A DNA stretch of 64,000 nucleotides. It comes from a virus. Taxonomy: Duplodnaviria; Caudoviricetes. The DNA is taken from positions 352,001-416,000 of IMG/VR virus record IMGVR_UViG_3300049988_000286; one strand, 5' to 3'. The notes under the pieces were generated by a model. It did no database searches, was not told where the DNA came from, and was given only the letters and a program-made list of their open reading frames with translations. The position numbers and the translations under genes are program-made. Below, in pieces: positions 9,698-19,429 of this stretch (within the stretch, counting starts at the first letter, position 1; each line of letters opens with the position of its first letter).

Positions 9698-10359
9698 TGT
9701 CACGACGACAGGGGGAATTGTTGAAGAGCAGTCCGGTGGCGTGGGTCAATCATCTGTATGATCTTCCCGGCGACGCGCCTGTGCGCCTCTACAGCTATCA
9801 GGGCGAGGATGCATGGGCGCTCGCGGAGGAGCGCGGCTACTGGACCGGCAGTCCCCACATCTGGGACGAGGACGGCGACTACGGCTTTGGTCCCGCCTAT
9901 GATTGGATGCGCGATCAGATGCGCGCGAGGATCACTCATTTCTCCGGTGACTATCCGATGTGGGGCTGGATCAAGCGCCCCTCGACGAAGCCGAAGCCGC
10001 GCCGTTATCGCGGTCTTAGTGAACGGATCAGGCTCACCGTTGAGGTGCCGAGATCGCGCATCCTCTTCTCCGACTATGAGACGTGGCACTCGGTGCTCAA
10101 TCGTTCTCTCCTTGCACGCACAGAGGAAGAATGGGAGCAACACTGCGTGGCCTATCCCGAGCATTGGTCGATGCTCGATGCCGATTATACGGCACGCTAC
10201 CTCGCGTCGATCGAGCCAAGCTGGCACCGCTGTCTCGGATTCATCCATGACCCCGATCCCCTTGTGAGATACTGGCAGGGGCGGACTGACCGGTTCATCG
10301 TTCAAGCATGTGTGGACCGTTTTGAGTGGAGCGAGGTTAAGGCAGTGCGGCGGTTCTAG
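9697..10359 (+). CDS. DUF3841-family protein
   Basis: AYDWMRDQM, YPMWGW and ILFSDYETWHSVLN motifs. Confidence 0.75.
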   Translation: MSRRQGELLKSSPVAWVNHLYDLPGDAPVRLYSYQGEDAWALAEERGYWTGSPHIWDEDGDYGFGPAYDWMRDQMRARITHFSGDYPMWGWIKRPSTKPKPRRYRGLSERIRLTVEVPRSRILFSDYETWHSVLNRSLLARTEEEWEQHCVAYPEHWSMLDADYTARYLASIEPSWHRCLGFIHDPDPLVRYWQGRTDRFIVQACVDRFEWSEVKAVRRF

Positions 10360-10883
10360 TCGAACAGGTCCATGATTGATTTCATCGAAGTGGACTGTGC
10401 CTTCGTCACACTGGCGGAGCGTTCCGGCTTACGCAACGCCTCGATGGTGTGCTGTCTAACTATCTCGATCAATTCACCGCTAAGGTTGAAGTGATCATCA
10501 GTCAGGCGGGTGATCAGTTGATTGGGGATCATGACCTTCCTGTTGAGCAAGACGGCGTTGAAGGCCTCTGTGGCGCTGCTACCGTGCTGGATCAGCACCG
10601 CGATCATCAATGCGGCACTTCTACTCTGCCCCGCAAAACAATGGATAACAAGGCGATCATCATCGGTCATATCGCGGGTGTGATCAAACATACGGTGGAG
10701 ATCATCCATTGTCGCTGCCCCGTCTTGCTCGACATGGACATCAGCGATCGGAAGGATAAGATGATGAGACCCGCGCGCCTTGAGACCGATCTCCGGTGAA
10801 ACTGCGGAAACAATCTTTGTCGGCCAGTTGCGATCAAACTCCAATTCAGCCTCCGAGAGACCAAGAACCTTAAATCCAAACAT
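10356..10883 (-). CDS. dual-specificity/tyrosine phosphatase-family protein
   Basis: HCFAGQSRS CX5R P-loop. Confidence 0.85.
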   Translation of the reverse strand: MFGFKVLGLSEAELEFDRNWPTKIVSAVSPEIGLKARGSHHLILPIADVHVEQDGAATMDDLHRMFDHTRDMTDDDRLVIHCFAGQSRSAALMIAVLIQHGSSATEAFNAVLLNRKVMIPNQLITRLTDDHFNLSGELIEIVRQHTIEALRKPERSASVTKAQSTSMKSIMDLFD

Positions 10884-10927
10884 GCTTCTTTATAGCACAA
10901 TAGCGACCTTGTTGTTATAAACTACAA

Positions 10928-11377
10928 GTGATCTATTATATTGATACGGAGTTCAACTCTTTTGAGGGTGACCTCATCTCCATCGCGCTCATCCCGGAGA
11001 ACCATGACCATCCCTATTTCTATGGGGCGGTTCCGTGCAACGATCCCCATCCTTGGGTAGCCGAGCACGTCATGCCGGTGCTCCACATCACGCCCGAACC
11101 TCTGGCGCAGCTTCGTCAACGCCTAACCGCCTATCTGATCGCTGATTCCGATATCACGATCGTTGCGGATTGGCCCGAAGACATCCAGCATTTTACTCGC
11201 CTCCTCATTGTGGGACCGGGGCGCATGATCCCGATTGCGAGTATGAAGTTCGAGTATCGCAACTATCCGGAATTTAATAGTGCGAGGGTGAGCGCCATTC
11301 CCCATAATGCGGTCGCGGATGCTCGGGCGCTTCGCGATTACGCGATGCTGCACGAATTGCGAAAGGATGCGCGATGA
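10928..11377 (+). CDS. DEDDh 3'-5' exonuclease (RNase AS/Rv2179c-like)
   Basis: IDTEF, WPEDIQHF and PHNAVADA motifs. Confidence 0.8.
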   Translation: MIYYIDTEFNSFEGDLISIALIPENHDHPYFYGAVPCNDPHPWVAEHVMPVLHITPEPLAQLRQRLTAYLIADSDITIVADWPEDIQHFTRLLIVGPGRMIPIASMKFEYRNYPEFNSARVSAIPHNAVADARALRDYAMLHELRKDAR

Positions 11378-11772
11378 CTCTCAATATTGGACTGGCGGCG
11401 GAGATGCGGTGCCTCAACGTCGCGGCAGAGAAGAGACTAGAGCAAGAGGCGGAGGAAAGGCTCGTGCTCGCAAAGCAGAAAGCAGTTGAGGAACGAGAAC
11501 TCGCGACTGTATGGGCACTGTCCCAACTAAAGACGCTGGAAAGGGAGCTTCGTGCCAAAGCAGAGAAGGGTGCGAAGTATATGTTGTTCCCGATCGCGAC
11601 CTTCGAGAGCGAGCGAAGCCATACGACTGATCTGCGCGTCAACGCCTTGACGATCCTCTTGGAAGCAGAGGGCTTCGAGGTATTGGCCGAATATGATCGC
11701 GAGGAGCCTTGTGGTAGCGACTCTATGTTCCACCATACAGTTCACTCGACATCCGTGCGTATCTCGTGGTAG
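11374..11772 (+). CDS. hypothetical protein
   Basis: ATGA overlap. Confidence 0.65.
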   Translation: MTLNIGLAAEMRCLNVAAEKRLEQEAEERLVLAKQKAVEERELATVWALSQLKTLERELRAKAEKGAKYMLFPIATFESERSHTTDLRVNALTILLEAEGFEVLAEYDREEPCGSDSMFHHTVHSTSVRISW

Positions 11773-11781
11773 CGCTCGATC

Positions 11782-12039
11782 ATGCATCGGATTGACCCCC
11801 TGACCCACGCAGACCCTGCGTGCGAGAAAAGCATCCAGCAGTGTCGTCTGCTTGCTTCCATGGATGTGGACGGCGAGGATTTGGAATGGTTTATAGGCAA
11901 AGTCCTTCAATACCAAAACCATGGTGTGCGGCGTAGTCGAGAAGCGTTCCAGCGAGATCACGACTTCGCGGAATGGGACGAGACATGGACGCAGATGTGG
12001 CGCATCCATTCCGGATACCTCGTTGCTGCGGTGGATTGA
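11782..12039 (+). CDS. hypothetical protein
   Basis: ORF fits the operon spacing. Confidence 0.55.
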   Translation: MHRIDPLTHADPACEKSIQQCRLLASMDVDGEDLEWFIGKVLQYQNHGVRRSREAFQRDHDFAEWDETWTQMWRIHSGYLVAAVD

Positions 12040-12070
12040 CATAGTTCGGTCAATGCTCTAATAGAGCAAC

Positions 12071-12217
12071 ATGACCAAAGACGATCGCCGCTTCCTCGCT
12101 GACCAGTCCCGTATCTTGCGGGGTTGGGAGCAGTATGGCGACAAGTTTCCGCTCGATATCACCGTAGAGGATTTGCGACGCTTGATCTCGCTTGCCCAAG
12201 CGCGTGATGCCGCGTAG
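12071..12217 (+). CDS. hypothetical 48-aa protein
   Basis: MTKDDRRFL..., downstream of the TTGACA promoter at 12036. Confidence 0.6.
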   Translation: MTKDDRRFLADQSRILRGWEQYGDKFPLDITVEDLRRLISLAQARDAA

Positions 12218-12226
12218 ACGACGGGG

Positions 12227-12772
12227 ATGCGTAACATATCCGCTATGCGACTGCCCAACAGCGGCACCCGTACCCTCTCCGAATCTGTCATGTCTCCGGA
12301 GGTCAATCTCGCCATTAGGGATTGGGTTCGATCAGCAAATCCGAGCGGCGTTCTGATCGGTGGTCTTGCGTTGAGCTTCTACGCTCGACCTCGTTACACT
12401 CAAGATGTTGATATCCTCTACTTGACTGTAGAGGAAGTTCCCGAAACGGTGGAGGGGTTCAGGCGTCATCGCCAGCACGCCTTCGAGCATCGCCAGACCG
12501 GCGTCGAGATCGAGATCGTTACACCCGAGCATGTCGGCGTCCCCGTAGAGACGATTCAGACGATCATCTCTACGGCTGTCGAACGAGATGGCGTCAGGAT
12601 CGCCTCTCCTGTTGGACTGGTTGTGTCGAAGCTGTTCCGCTTCAATATGCGAGATCGAGCCGACATCATCGATCTGATGAAAAGCAGCGACATCGACGTG
12701 GGTGCTTTCCATCTTCCACCCCCGCAGCTTGAGCGCTACATCGTTGCGCTAGCCGATGCGGAGAACGAATGA
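12227..12772 (+). CDS. nucleotidyltransferase, AbiEii/DUF1814 (MenT-like) superfamily
   Basis: LIGGLAL, RPRYTQDVD, KL and RDRADI motifs; start may be 12245. Confidence 0.75.
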   Translation: MRNISAMRLPNSGTRTLSESVMSPEVNLAIRDWVRSANPSGVLIGGLALSFYARPRYTQDVDILYLTVEEVPETVEGFRRHRQHAFEHRQTGVEIEIVTPEHVGVPVETIQTIISTAVERDGVRIASPVGLVVSKLFRFNMRDRADIIDLMKSSDIDVGAFHLPPPQLERYIVALADAENE

Positions 12773-13089
12773 TGCGTAACTTGTCTCGATATCCGGTAAC
12801 CAAGCAGGAGATGCTCGACGCGATCGACGCTGCTGCACCCTCGCTCGATAGCGATCGGGTTGGCGACATCGCGCCTGTGGCGCTACAGCGGGTTAGGGAG
12901 ATCATCGAGGCCCGGCACGAGGGTACGCGTGAGACAATGACTCGTAATGAGCGCATTATTGAACTCCTTGAGCGACAGTCGGAGAAACTACTGGCGCAGG
13001 GGCCGGAAGCGTGTCGCGACTACCTGATCAGTCTCGGCATTTACGACGACAATGGTGACCTCACCCCTGAATATGGCGGCAAGTCATGA
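12769..13089 (+). CDS. hypothetical protein
   Basis: ATGA overlap. Confidence 0.65.
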   Translation: MMRNLSRYPVTKQEMLDAIDAAAPSLDSDRVGDIAPVALQRVREIIEARHEGTRETMTRNERIIELLERQSEKLLAQGPEACRDYLISLGIYDDNGDLTPEYGGKS

Positions 13090-13268
13090 TCGAAATCCTC
13101 GACCACCGCTTCGTCAATCATAAGTCCGTGGAAATGATTTGCTGGCAGTGCGGCTACGTGATTTGGCGCTGCAAGGACAGTGAAGAAGTCGATGAAGCAA
13201 TTCAGACATTGGCTGGCACAAGGCTGCGCTGCGGCAAGGCGTGGCACGTCACGATCCCTGTGCCTTGA
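13086..13268 (+). CDS. small Cys-containing protein
   Basis: ATGA overlap; CWQC motif. Confidence 0.6.
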   Translation: MIEILDHRFVNHKSVEMICWQCGYVIWRCKDSEEVDEAIQTLAGTRLRCGKAWHVTIPVP

Positions 13269-13534
13269 ACCATGTCATTCCCTTGGGTGAGCGGCCCAAC
13301 TCCTTCTGGCAGGAAGTGATTGAATGGTCGCGCGACAATGGCATTGCGGTGCTTTTCGTGCGCCGCTGTATGAGGATGTCAAGGCGGGCATTTTCCACTG
13401 CGACCCGTGATCTCACCGTGTTGCGGTTTGGTGGAATGACCCTTGGGAAGATCGTCGCCGCGAGTGTCATCATTCGTCAGCGCGACGTTGCGCTATTCCA
13501 TATCCGGTTCGGTATAGCCAACAGTAAGGGTTGA
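13241..13534 (+). CDS. paralog family B protein
   Basis: EWSRDNGIAV and IIRQRDVALF motifs; start may be TTG 13265. Confidence 0.6.
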   Translation: MARHDPCALNHVIPLGERPNSFWQEVIEWSRDNGIAVLFVRRCMRMSRRAFSTATRDLTVLRFGGMTLGKIVAASVIIRQRDVALFHIRFGIANSKG

Positions 13535-14170
13535 GGTCAATTCGCCATTGTCGAAGTGATCGTGGTAAAACTCTAGCTGGTAGTCGTAGCCTTGACGGTT
13601 CTCGGGATCAGGCACACCGAGATGGCAGATCGGAACCGCCTCGCCGATGCGATCGTCCATGCGGGGGCTGCTCGGATGGATGATCGGCACCGCACCGCTG
13701 ATGTCTAGGATGAGCGTCCAGCGACCATTGATGATGTCAACTCGCATCACCTTGTCGTGAATGCTGAACACGCGGCCATATAGATCACCATTGCCGAGAA
13801 TGAGGTGATCTCCCACACTGACTTCACCCACAGCGGTGGCGAAGATGGGTTGCTGGACTTCTACTGCTTTGTGCTTCACGGTAAAGGCGCGCACAGTTTT
13901 GCGCTCGACGATCTCCCGCTCTGTGATCTCTTCGTAGATGCGGATATCGCGGATGCCCTGATACTTGATCATGTCGCGGAGATAGCCGTGGCTGATTGCT
14001 TCTCTCGCCTGTTCGAAAGTCTTGTACGTGTCGGTGATCGTAGGCTTCCATTCGGTCCACGACCAACCCTCGTGTGGATACATTGGGCAATGCTGCTGAT
14101 CGCTATAGCCCTCGACGATCCAGACGGTCTTCGTCGTCGGGTAGCTGCGCTGGAATGATCCGGTCTTCAT
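13493..14170 (-). CDS. hypothetical protein
   Basis: Long ORF with phage-like codon bias. Confidence 0.75.
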   Translation of the reverse strand: MKTGSFQRSYPTTKTVWIVEGYSDQQHCPMYPHEGWSWTEWKPTITDTYKTFEQAREAISHGYLRDMIKYQGIRDIRIYEEITEREIVERKTVRAFTVKHKAVEVQQPIFATAVGEVSVGDHLILGNGDLYGRVFSIHDKVMRVDIINGRWTLILDISGAVPIIHPSSPRMDDRIGEAVPICHLGVPDPENRQGYDYQLEFYHDHFDNGELTSTLTVGYTEPDME

Positions 14171-14202
14171 CCCTCATCGTTAGCGAGCCGTGCTCCCGAG
14201 CG

Positions 14203-14748
14203 TCAATTTCTTTTCAGGTCAGCGAGCATCGCCTCGATGTCGTTCCACTCCTCGTCGGTCATCGGTGTAACGGGTTCGTTCGAGGAAGGGGCAGGGGTGG
14301 GCGCGACATAGGCCTTGGCGGGCCGTTCGAGGTCGTAGGTCGTGTAGGTGCGTGACTTCTTCGGCTCTCCCGCCATGTATTGAGGGAATTCCTGCATGAG
14401 GCGCATCATGAGCTTCGGGTATAGACGATTACGCGATCCCTCGTCGTTCTTGGCCGCGTAGGTGATCCAACGCGGCTCCTGCGCAGCGATGAACTCGCGA
14501 GTGATCTGCATCACAGTGGCGAGCACGGTGGCGGCGGAACCGGTGCCGGTGAGATCAAGCGTGCCGTTGCGATAGAAGGAGAGTTCCCACCGCTGGCGCT
14601 CGTAATACTTCTCCTTGAACAAGACTTTGAACAGACCGTCGCCGATCTGGAACTCTGCCATGATCTCTTGGGCAGTCTCATCCTCCCAATGTGTCCAGTG
14701 GAAGGGTTGAACTTGATTGAAGGCCTCCGTGATCTCGTGATATCTCAT
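14203..14748 (-). CDS. late gene with internal-protein-like N-terminus, possibly GNAT-like; paralog of 4545-4982
   Basis: MRYHEITEA start; LATVMQIT and RNRLYPKL motifs. Confidence 0.75.
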   Translation of the reverse strand: MRYHEITEAFNQVQPFHWTHWEDETAQEIMAEFQIGDGLFKVLFKEKYYERQRWELSFYRNGTLDLTGTGSAATVLATVMQITREFIAAQEPRWITYAAKNDEGSRNRLYPKLMMRLMQEFPQYMAGEPKKSRTYTTYDLERPAKAYVAPTPAPSSNEPVTPMTDEEWNDIEAMLADLKRN

Positions 14749-15551
14749 GTTGTCACCATAGGAGCGGAGGATTTGAAAGGATGTCCGGATGGCAGCGAGG
14801 CAGTAGTCCCCCAACGATGCGCGAGATAGCCCTCCAGCTTTTGCCTATCAGTCGTGCCGAGCAGATAGTCGAACAGTAATAGCTCTTGAAGCCCCTGAAC
14901 GGGCGGGTTCGGGGTGTAGTAGGGCATCTGCCCGATGGTGACTCGCGCTCCCGTTGGCGAGGATCGGAAGTTGTCCCCGCCATTGACACCATTGGCCCAC
15001 ACGCTTGTGACCTGCGCGCCGTCTTGCTGCACGGTGAAGCCAACGATCTGGGGGACTGCGACGGACGCTCCAGTGCCCTGAAAGCGTGATCCTCCAGCGA
15101 AGTCGATAGCGGCAGTACCGTTACGGATGACCAACGTGCGGACATCCTGTGTGGCATCGGTGGCGCGCCCAGTCGCGGCGACGATCGCTTCGCCGCCCGT
15201 GTTGTCGCGAGCGACTGCGAACATCGAACTAGAAAACGCTCCCTGATTGGTGGCGAGATCAATCGTTAGTGGGTTCGAACCCAACAGAATAGCGGGTTTG
15301 TTGTTGTCACTAGCACTGGTGCTTGATCTCGTTGGCTGCCCGGAATCCGTGGTAGTCTGTGCCTGACCGCCTTTGTAACCCTTGTTGGTCCATACGGCGT
15401 ATGAACTACGAAAGCCGCCCACCGTTGTGAATGACGATGCGTCCATTGCATCGAACCATCCTGCCGGGGGTTGAGCGAGGTTGGCTGGAGTCCAGAGGGT
15501 TTGAACCAGCGCCACAAGGGTTTGCGCCGCAACACTACCAAGGAGCATCAT
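14745..15551 (-). CDS. virion structural protein with a LamG-like beta domain
   Basis: WFDAMD and DRQKLEGYLAHRWG...LPSGHPFK motifs; G/S/T-rich; late operon. Confidence 0.7.
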   Translation of the reverse strand: MMLLGSVAAQTLVALVQTLWTPANLAQPPAGWFDAMDASSFTTVGGFRSSYAVWTNKGYKGGQAQTTTDSGQPTRSSTSASDNNKPAILLGSNPLTIDLATNQGAFSSSMFAVARDNTGGEAIVAATGRATDATQDVRTLVIRNGTAAIDFAGGSRFQGTGASVAVPQIVGFTVQQDGAQVTSVWANGVNGGDNFRSSPTGARVTIGQMPYYTPNPPVQGLQELLLFDYLLGTTDRQKLEGYLAHRWGTTASLPSGHPFKSSAPMVTT

Positions 15552-15955
15552 GCGACCAAAGCTCCCACGAGCGCCCACGTGTCAGTCGCGACCTTGACCA
15601 GCGTTGCCGCCGCATATTGCCCCTTCATCTTGACGTAAGCGGTATCGCTTTGAAGCGTCACGCCCGCAGCGGCGACGAAACTGGTTTGCCCCGCCCCAAC
15701 CTGCTGCACATCGATGCGTGTGCCGATCGCCAGCGCAACAGAGGCATTGGTGGGAACGGTGTAGGTGTTGGGAGTGGCGACATCCATGCGCACGAAGGCT
15801 TCCGCATCCCCGGCCGCGATTGTGGTCGATGCCGTGTAGGTGTTGACGACGGTCTTGCGCGGCAGCAGGGTGAGGACATTCGACAGAAGGGCATTGAGGG
15901 TATCGCGAACATCTTTGCCGGTCGAACCGTTGAGAATGCTGGTCAGGATGGTCAT
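15548..15955 (-). CDS. virion/tail-associated structural protein
   Basis: TVPTNASVALAIGTRI...QYAAATLVKVATDTWALVG; TAAATA 4 nt upstream. Confidence 0.75.
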   Translation of the reverse strand: MTILTSILNGSTGKDVRDTLNALLSNVLTLLPRKTVVNTYTASTTIAAGDAEAFVRMDVATPNTYTVPTNASVALAIGTRIDVQQVGAGQTSFVAAAGVTLQSDTAYVKMKGQYAAATLVKVATDTWALVGALVA

Positions 15956-15959
15956 GCCG

Positions 15960-15965
15960 TATTTA
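15960..15965 (-). promoter_or_regulatory. late promoter TAAATA
   Basis: TAAATA-4 nt-ATG(15955). Confidence 0.75.
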
Positions 15966-16003
15966 GCGTTGCGGAAAGGGCAGTTCCCCGCTACCTCACT
16001 GGT

Positions 16004-16291
16004 ATGAACGTGCGACACGAGGTCACTTTGACCTTCCCCCAACTAAAAGCGCTGATGGCGAGTGCTCGACGGAACAACATCCCCATTACGCAGACATTCG
16101 GAATATGTTGTTCGGATGGCGAAGGGGTTTACAGCGAATGGAAGGAGTATCGGGGTTCGCGTGTCTACACCAAGGCTCGCAATTGTGTTGATCCCCATAT
16201 CTATCCCTTCTACGAGGATGCGCGTGATCCTTGTCCCGCCACACTGCTCGTTCGTGACCGCGACTATGAACTCTTTCGATTGATGATCTGA
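16004..16291 (+). CDS. paralog family B protein
   Basis: RRNNIPI and LLVRDRDYELFRLMI motifs. Confidence 0.65.
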   Translation: MNVRHEVTLTFPQLKALMASARRNNIPITQTFGICCSDGEGVYSEWKEYRGSRVYTKARNCVDPHIYPFYEDARDPCPATLLVRDRDYELFRLMI

Positions 16292-16818
16292 TGCCATTGA
16301 CTGTCGATAACGTGATTGAAATGCGGGCGCGTGCCCGCGAAACAAAGCGCCTTGATCTGCGTGGCAATGCTGCGCGATACGGGGTCAGCCATCCCACGAT
16401 CTATCTCGCTATGACGGGGCGGACCTTCAAACTCGTTCCCGGTCCGTTGTCGAAGGATGAGTATGAGGTCACCAACGGGCGTACCCACAAGATGACCGCC
16501 GAGGACATCGCCGCAATCGTGGAGTTGCGCGAGAGCAACCCCGGTCTATGGACCTATGCGACGCTTGCCCAGCGGTGCAATCGGATGCATGGAATGCACT
16601 ACGGGCCGAGTAACGTTCAGCGATTGATCGAGAAGGCTGCGGGCAAGAGGATCAAGCGACCGATGAGCGACACGGCAACACCGCGTAAGAAACGCGAGAA
16701 GAAGCCCACGGTGGCCAAGCCGATCGCCGCCCCGGCGGGAATGAAGACGATTGATACCTCGTCGGCGGAGGCCCGTCGCGCTCTGGCGGCGAGGTTGATT
16801 GCGGGTCGTGGGAAATGA
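16291..16818 (+). CDS. helix-turn-helix DNA-binding protein
   Basis: AARYGVSHPTIYLAM HTH, a second HTH-like unit and a basic tail. Confidence 0.65.
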   Translation: MPLTVDNVIEMRARARETKRLDLRGNAARYGVSHPTIYLAMTGRTFKLVPGPLSKDEYEVTNGRTHKMTAEDIAAIVELRESNPGLWTYATLAQRCNRMHGMHYGPSNVQRLIEKAAGKRIKRPMSDTATPRKKREKKPTVAKPIAAPAGMKTIDTSSAEARRALAARLIAGRGK

Positions 16819-17030
16819 TCGAGGAACTGCTCCTCGATCAGCCCATTGGTGGTGAACCGCTCAACCTTGCCGATGACACCATCACGGAGGAGACGCTTCG
16901 CGCCGCGATGCGTCATGCCTTCAAGGAATCGCTCAACACCTTCATCTCGCCCGCTGCGGCGGGGCTGTTAGCTGATCGAGCCCGTGTCTACCAGAAGATG
17001 CTGCTCGACTTTGCGCAGAGCGGCGGTTGA
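16815..17030 (+). CDS. hypothetical protein
   Basis: ATGA overlap. Confidence 0.65.
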   Translation: MIEELLLDQPIGGEPLNLADDTITEETLRAAMRHAFKESLNTFISPAAAGLLADRARVYQKMLLDFAQSGG

Positions 17031-17287
17031 TGACGCGCTGTCGCATCAAGATGCCCGATGGAGAAACGCTACTCGCGAGCGTCATCTTGCTGCAATCTCA
17101 CCACCGCGTGCTGGCGCTCACCGATGTCGATGAAGAGAATTGGGCATGTGTGGTAATGGGAATACGCGAGGAGGGCGACCCCGCTGATCTATTCAGGGTT
17201 CGGACGAGGAGTGCCCTCTTCCCGATCGAGAGCCTCAAATTCGACGCCGATCACTTCCTCGACATGTGGGCGCTCGGAAAGAAATGA
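17027..17287 (+). CDS. hypothetical protein
   Basis: Stop/start overlap with neighbours. Confidence 0.6.
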   Translation: MMTRCRIKMPDGETLLASVILLQSHHRVLALTDVDEENWACVVMGIREEGDPADLFRVRTRSALFPIESLKFDADHFLDMWALGKK

Positions 17288-17730
17288 CTGACACCAGTGA
17301 TATCGTTTATCGTCTCCGCAAACGCGCGGAGATCAGGCGCAGCATTGTGACGCGGAAATCAGTTCAAGAAGGGCAGCCCGATCGGATAGCCCTTCTCCTC
17401 GACGAAGCCGCCGACGAGATCACCCGCCTTCGTGCCACGGTGGTGGAGAGTTGGCACATCCTCATCGATGACTGGGACGATGATCTCGTCTATGCGCGTG
17501 CTAAGTCGTTGAAGAACGAGGATAAAGCCGAATATGAGGCAGAGATTGCCCGCGATAAGTTTGACGGCATAGAGTTACTACGCGGCCTCATCCTGTGCAT
17601 GACACTTTGGAGTGATGAGCGCGTGACCTTCGAGACTATCCCACGTCGCGCCGAGGACATCCAGCGTAGTGAGTCACAGGCCGAGCAACTCTGCGCTCTG
17701 CTGGATCAGATACGCGATGACGAGGAATAG
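17284..17730 (+). CDS. hypothetical phage protein
   Basis: DIVYRLRKRAEIRR...DRIALLLDEAADEI motif recalled from phage proteins. Confidence 0.7.
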   Translation: MTDTSDIVYRLRKRAEIRRSIVTRKSVQEGQPDRIALLLDEAADEITRLRATVVESWHILIDDWDDDLVYARAKSLKNEDKAEYEAEIARDKFDGIELLRGLILCMTLWSDERVTFETIPRRAEDIQRSESQAEQLCALLDQIRDDEE

Positions 17731-18470
17731 AGGGCAACGATCTCGGGTTTGCTGATGCTCGGATTACCCGCCGTGTCGTGCTTGACGCCCTCGTAGTCGA
17801 GCGTCTCGAAGCGCTTCCTTACATCCTCGCCACCTCGAATGAAGTAGTGGCTCGCGTCCGCGATCTTGTCGCTGATTGTTTTTACCGCCCCGGCCCGAGC
17901 GCCCACGCGTTGCACAGCGAAGTCCCCTTCTCCGCGCTTCACGAACGCAAAATCGTCATGCTGGCTTGGTGCTGTGATCCGCAGTCGCTGGTAGTCGCGG
18001 CGTTCCCAAATCTGAAAGCAGCACGGCACATCGTAGGGCTGTCCCTCGAACACGAAGGAGAATGGCGCGAGCGTCTCGTCGCTGACAAGATGGTAGGCGG
18101 GGTCGAGACGATTGATCACGCTGGGCTTGCGAAAGGTTCGAGGCACGATCATGGCGATGATGCGCGCGCCCGCGCAGTGGTTGAAGAAACGGACTGCGAG
18201 ACTGGCATTCTTTCCGAAGGGAGGGTTTCCGACGACGACAAGATCACCCGCTGGGATAGATTGTTCAAGAAAGTTACCTTCAATGACCCCATGATGACGG
18301 GGGTCGAGATCAAAGCCTAGACGGCGGTCAGCGGGCATGAGGGAGAAGAACGCCCCCGTGCCAGCACTAGGTTCCAACCATGTCGTCATCTTGGTGTCGT
18401 AGCGAAGACAATACTGGAATAAGCGGGTAGCTACAGCATCGTGGGTGTAAAACTGATCTAGACTCTTCAC
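17706..18470 (-). CDS. SAM-dependent amino (N6-A/N4-C) DNA methyltransferase
   Basis: DQFYT, LEPSAGTGAF and GNPPF motifs. Confidence 0.85.
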   Translation of the reverse strand: MKSLDQFYTHDAVATRLFQYCLRYDTKMTTWLEPSAGTGAFFSLMPADRRLGFDLDPRHHGVIEGNFLEQSIPAGDLVVVGNPPFGKNASLAVRFFNHCAGARIIAMIVPRTFRKPSVINRLDPAYHLVSDETLAPFSFVFEGQPYDVPCCFQIWERRDYQRLRITAPSQHDDFAFVKRGEGDFAVQRVGARAGAVKTISDKIADASHYFIRGGEDVRKRFETLDYEGVKHDTAGNPSISKPEIVALYSSSSRI

Positions 18471-18554
18471 TCCCCGAGTATATCTTTACGATCAGCTTCG
18501 TGCCTTATTGATCGTTTTTGTTCTTGCGTGACCGACGAACTATGCTAGAACGGT

Positions 18555-18761
18555 GTGATGAAATTCTTTCTCGCCACCTTCCAGCTTGAGACGGTTCGTC
18601 GCGATGACGGTACCACGCACGAGCGGGTAACACGGCTCATCATCGTCGATGACGATCAGGATCAGGGCGACGCGAGGGACAAGCTCTATGCCACCTATCC
18701 GGAAGACTATTACTCCTACCACGACATCACCGAACTGGTGATCACGGAGGCGATCCAGTGA
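18555..18761 (+). CDS. hypothetical protein
   Basis: Directly downstream of a promoter. Confidence 0.7.
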   Translation: MMKFFLATFQLETVRRDDGTTHERVTRLIIVDDDQDQGDARDKLYATYPEDYYSYHDITELVITEAIQ

Positions 18762-19429
18762 AGATCATTCGTGGCCACGACTATTACGACTCGGCTGCCC
18801 AATACGGCATCGACGAGACGGTCAAGTTCGTGCGGGAAGCGCGAGACATGAAGGAGCGGTTCTTCCCGCCGCAGATTCGCGTTCCCAGCGAAGGTCGTAA
18901 CTGGCGTGCCCCCGAATATTCAATCATCTGGGTGGCGGTGGGACCGAGGCTCTATCGCGGCGTCAAATACCAGCCGGATGCGTGGACGGAAACGGAAAGC
19001 TATTGCTGGTCGGAAACCGCCTATCGTGCACTGCGCGCCAAGAACGGTAACCCGGTAGGCGAAGAAACGCGACGACGCTATTACGCTAAACGCGACGTGG
19101 CGGTCGAAACCGTGGAGGGATATTTCAAGGTCATCGACACCCCGAAGGACATGCTCGACTGCATGGTTCGGGAGGGCATGGCGATCCTCCGCTGGGAGCG
19201 CATCGGCGAGCGTGATTTCCTGACCGGTAATCCTGAAAATCTGCGCCGAAACGAGTTCTTCAAGGCACTCGATGCCTTCACGATCCATCAGGAGATCGAG
19301 ATGTTCGTCTCTGGAGTGTTGGCGGGTCAGAGTCCCGCCACGGTGGAAATCACAGACAACCGTGTCAAGATCGAGAAGCATGGCTTCGACTTCAAGACTT
19401 CTTTTAGAAAATCAAAGCAAGGGGAATAA
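18758..19429 (+). CDS. conserved phage hypothetical protein
   Basis: MKII..HDYYDS start; KIEKHGFD.KTSFR end. Confidence 0.8.
   Translation: MKIIRGHDYYDSAAQYGIDETVKFVREARDMKERFFPPQIRVPSEGRNWRAPEYSIIWVAVGPRLYRGVKYQPDAWTETESYCWSETAYRALRAKNGNPVGEETRRRYYAKRDVAVETVEGYFKVIDTPKDMLDCMVREGMAILRWERIGERDFLTGNPENLRRNEFFKALDAFTIHQEIEMFVSGVLAGQSPATVEITDNRVKIEKHGFDFKTSFRKSKQGE

Noticed and set aside
18537-18551. AGTTCG/CGAACT motif as an alphaproteobacterial LexA box (GAAC-N7-GAAC)
   Set aside because: Only this site has the second half-site at 7 nt, and there it coincides with the -10 box. The other sites checked lack it, and none has the Gram-positive CGAAC-N4-GTTCG spacing.
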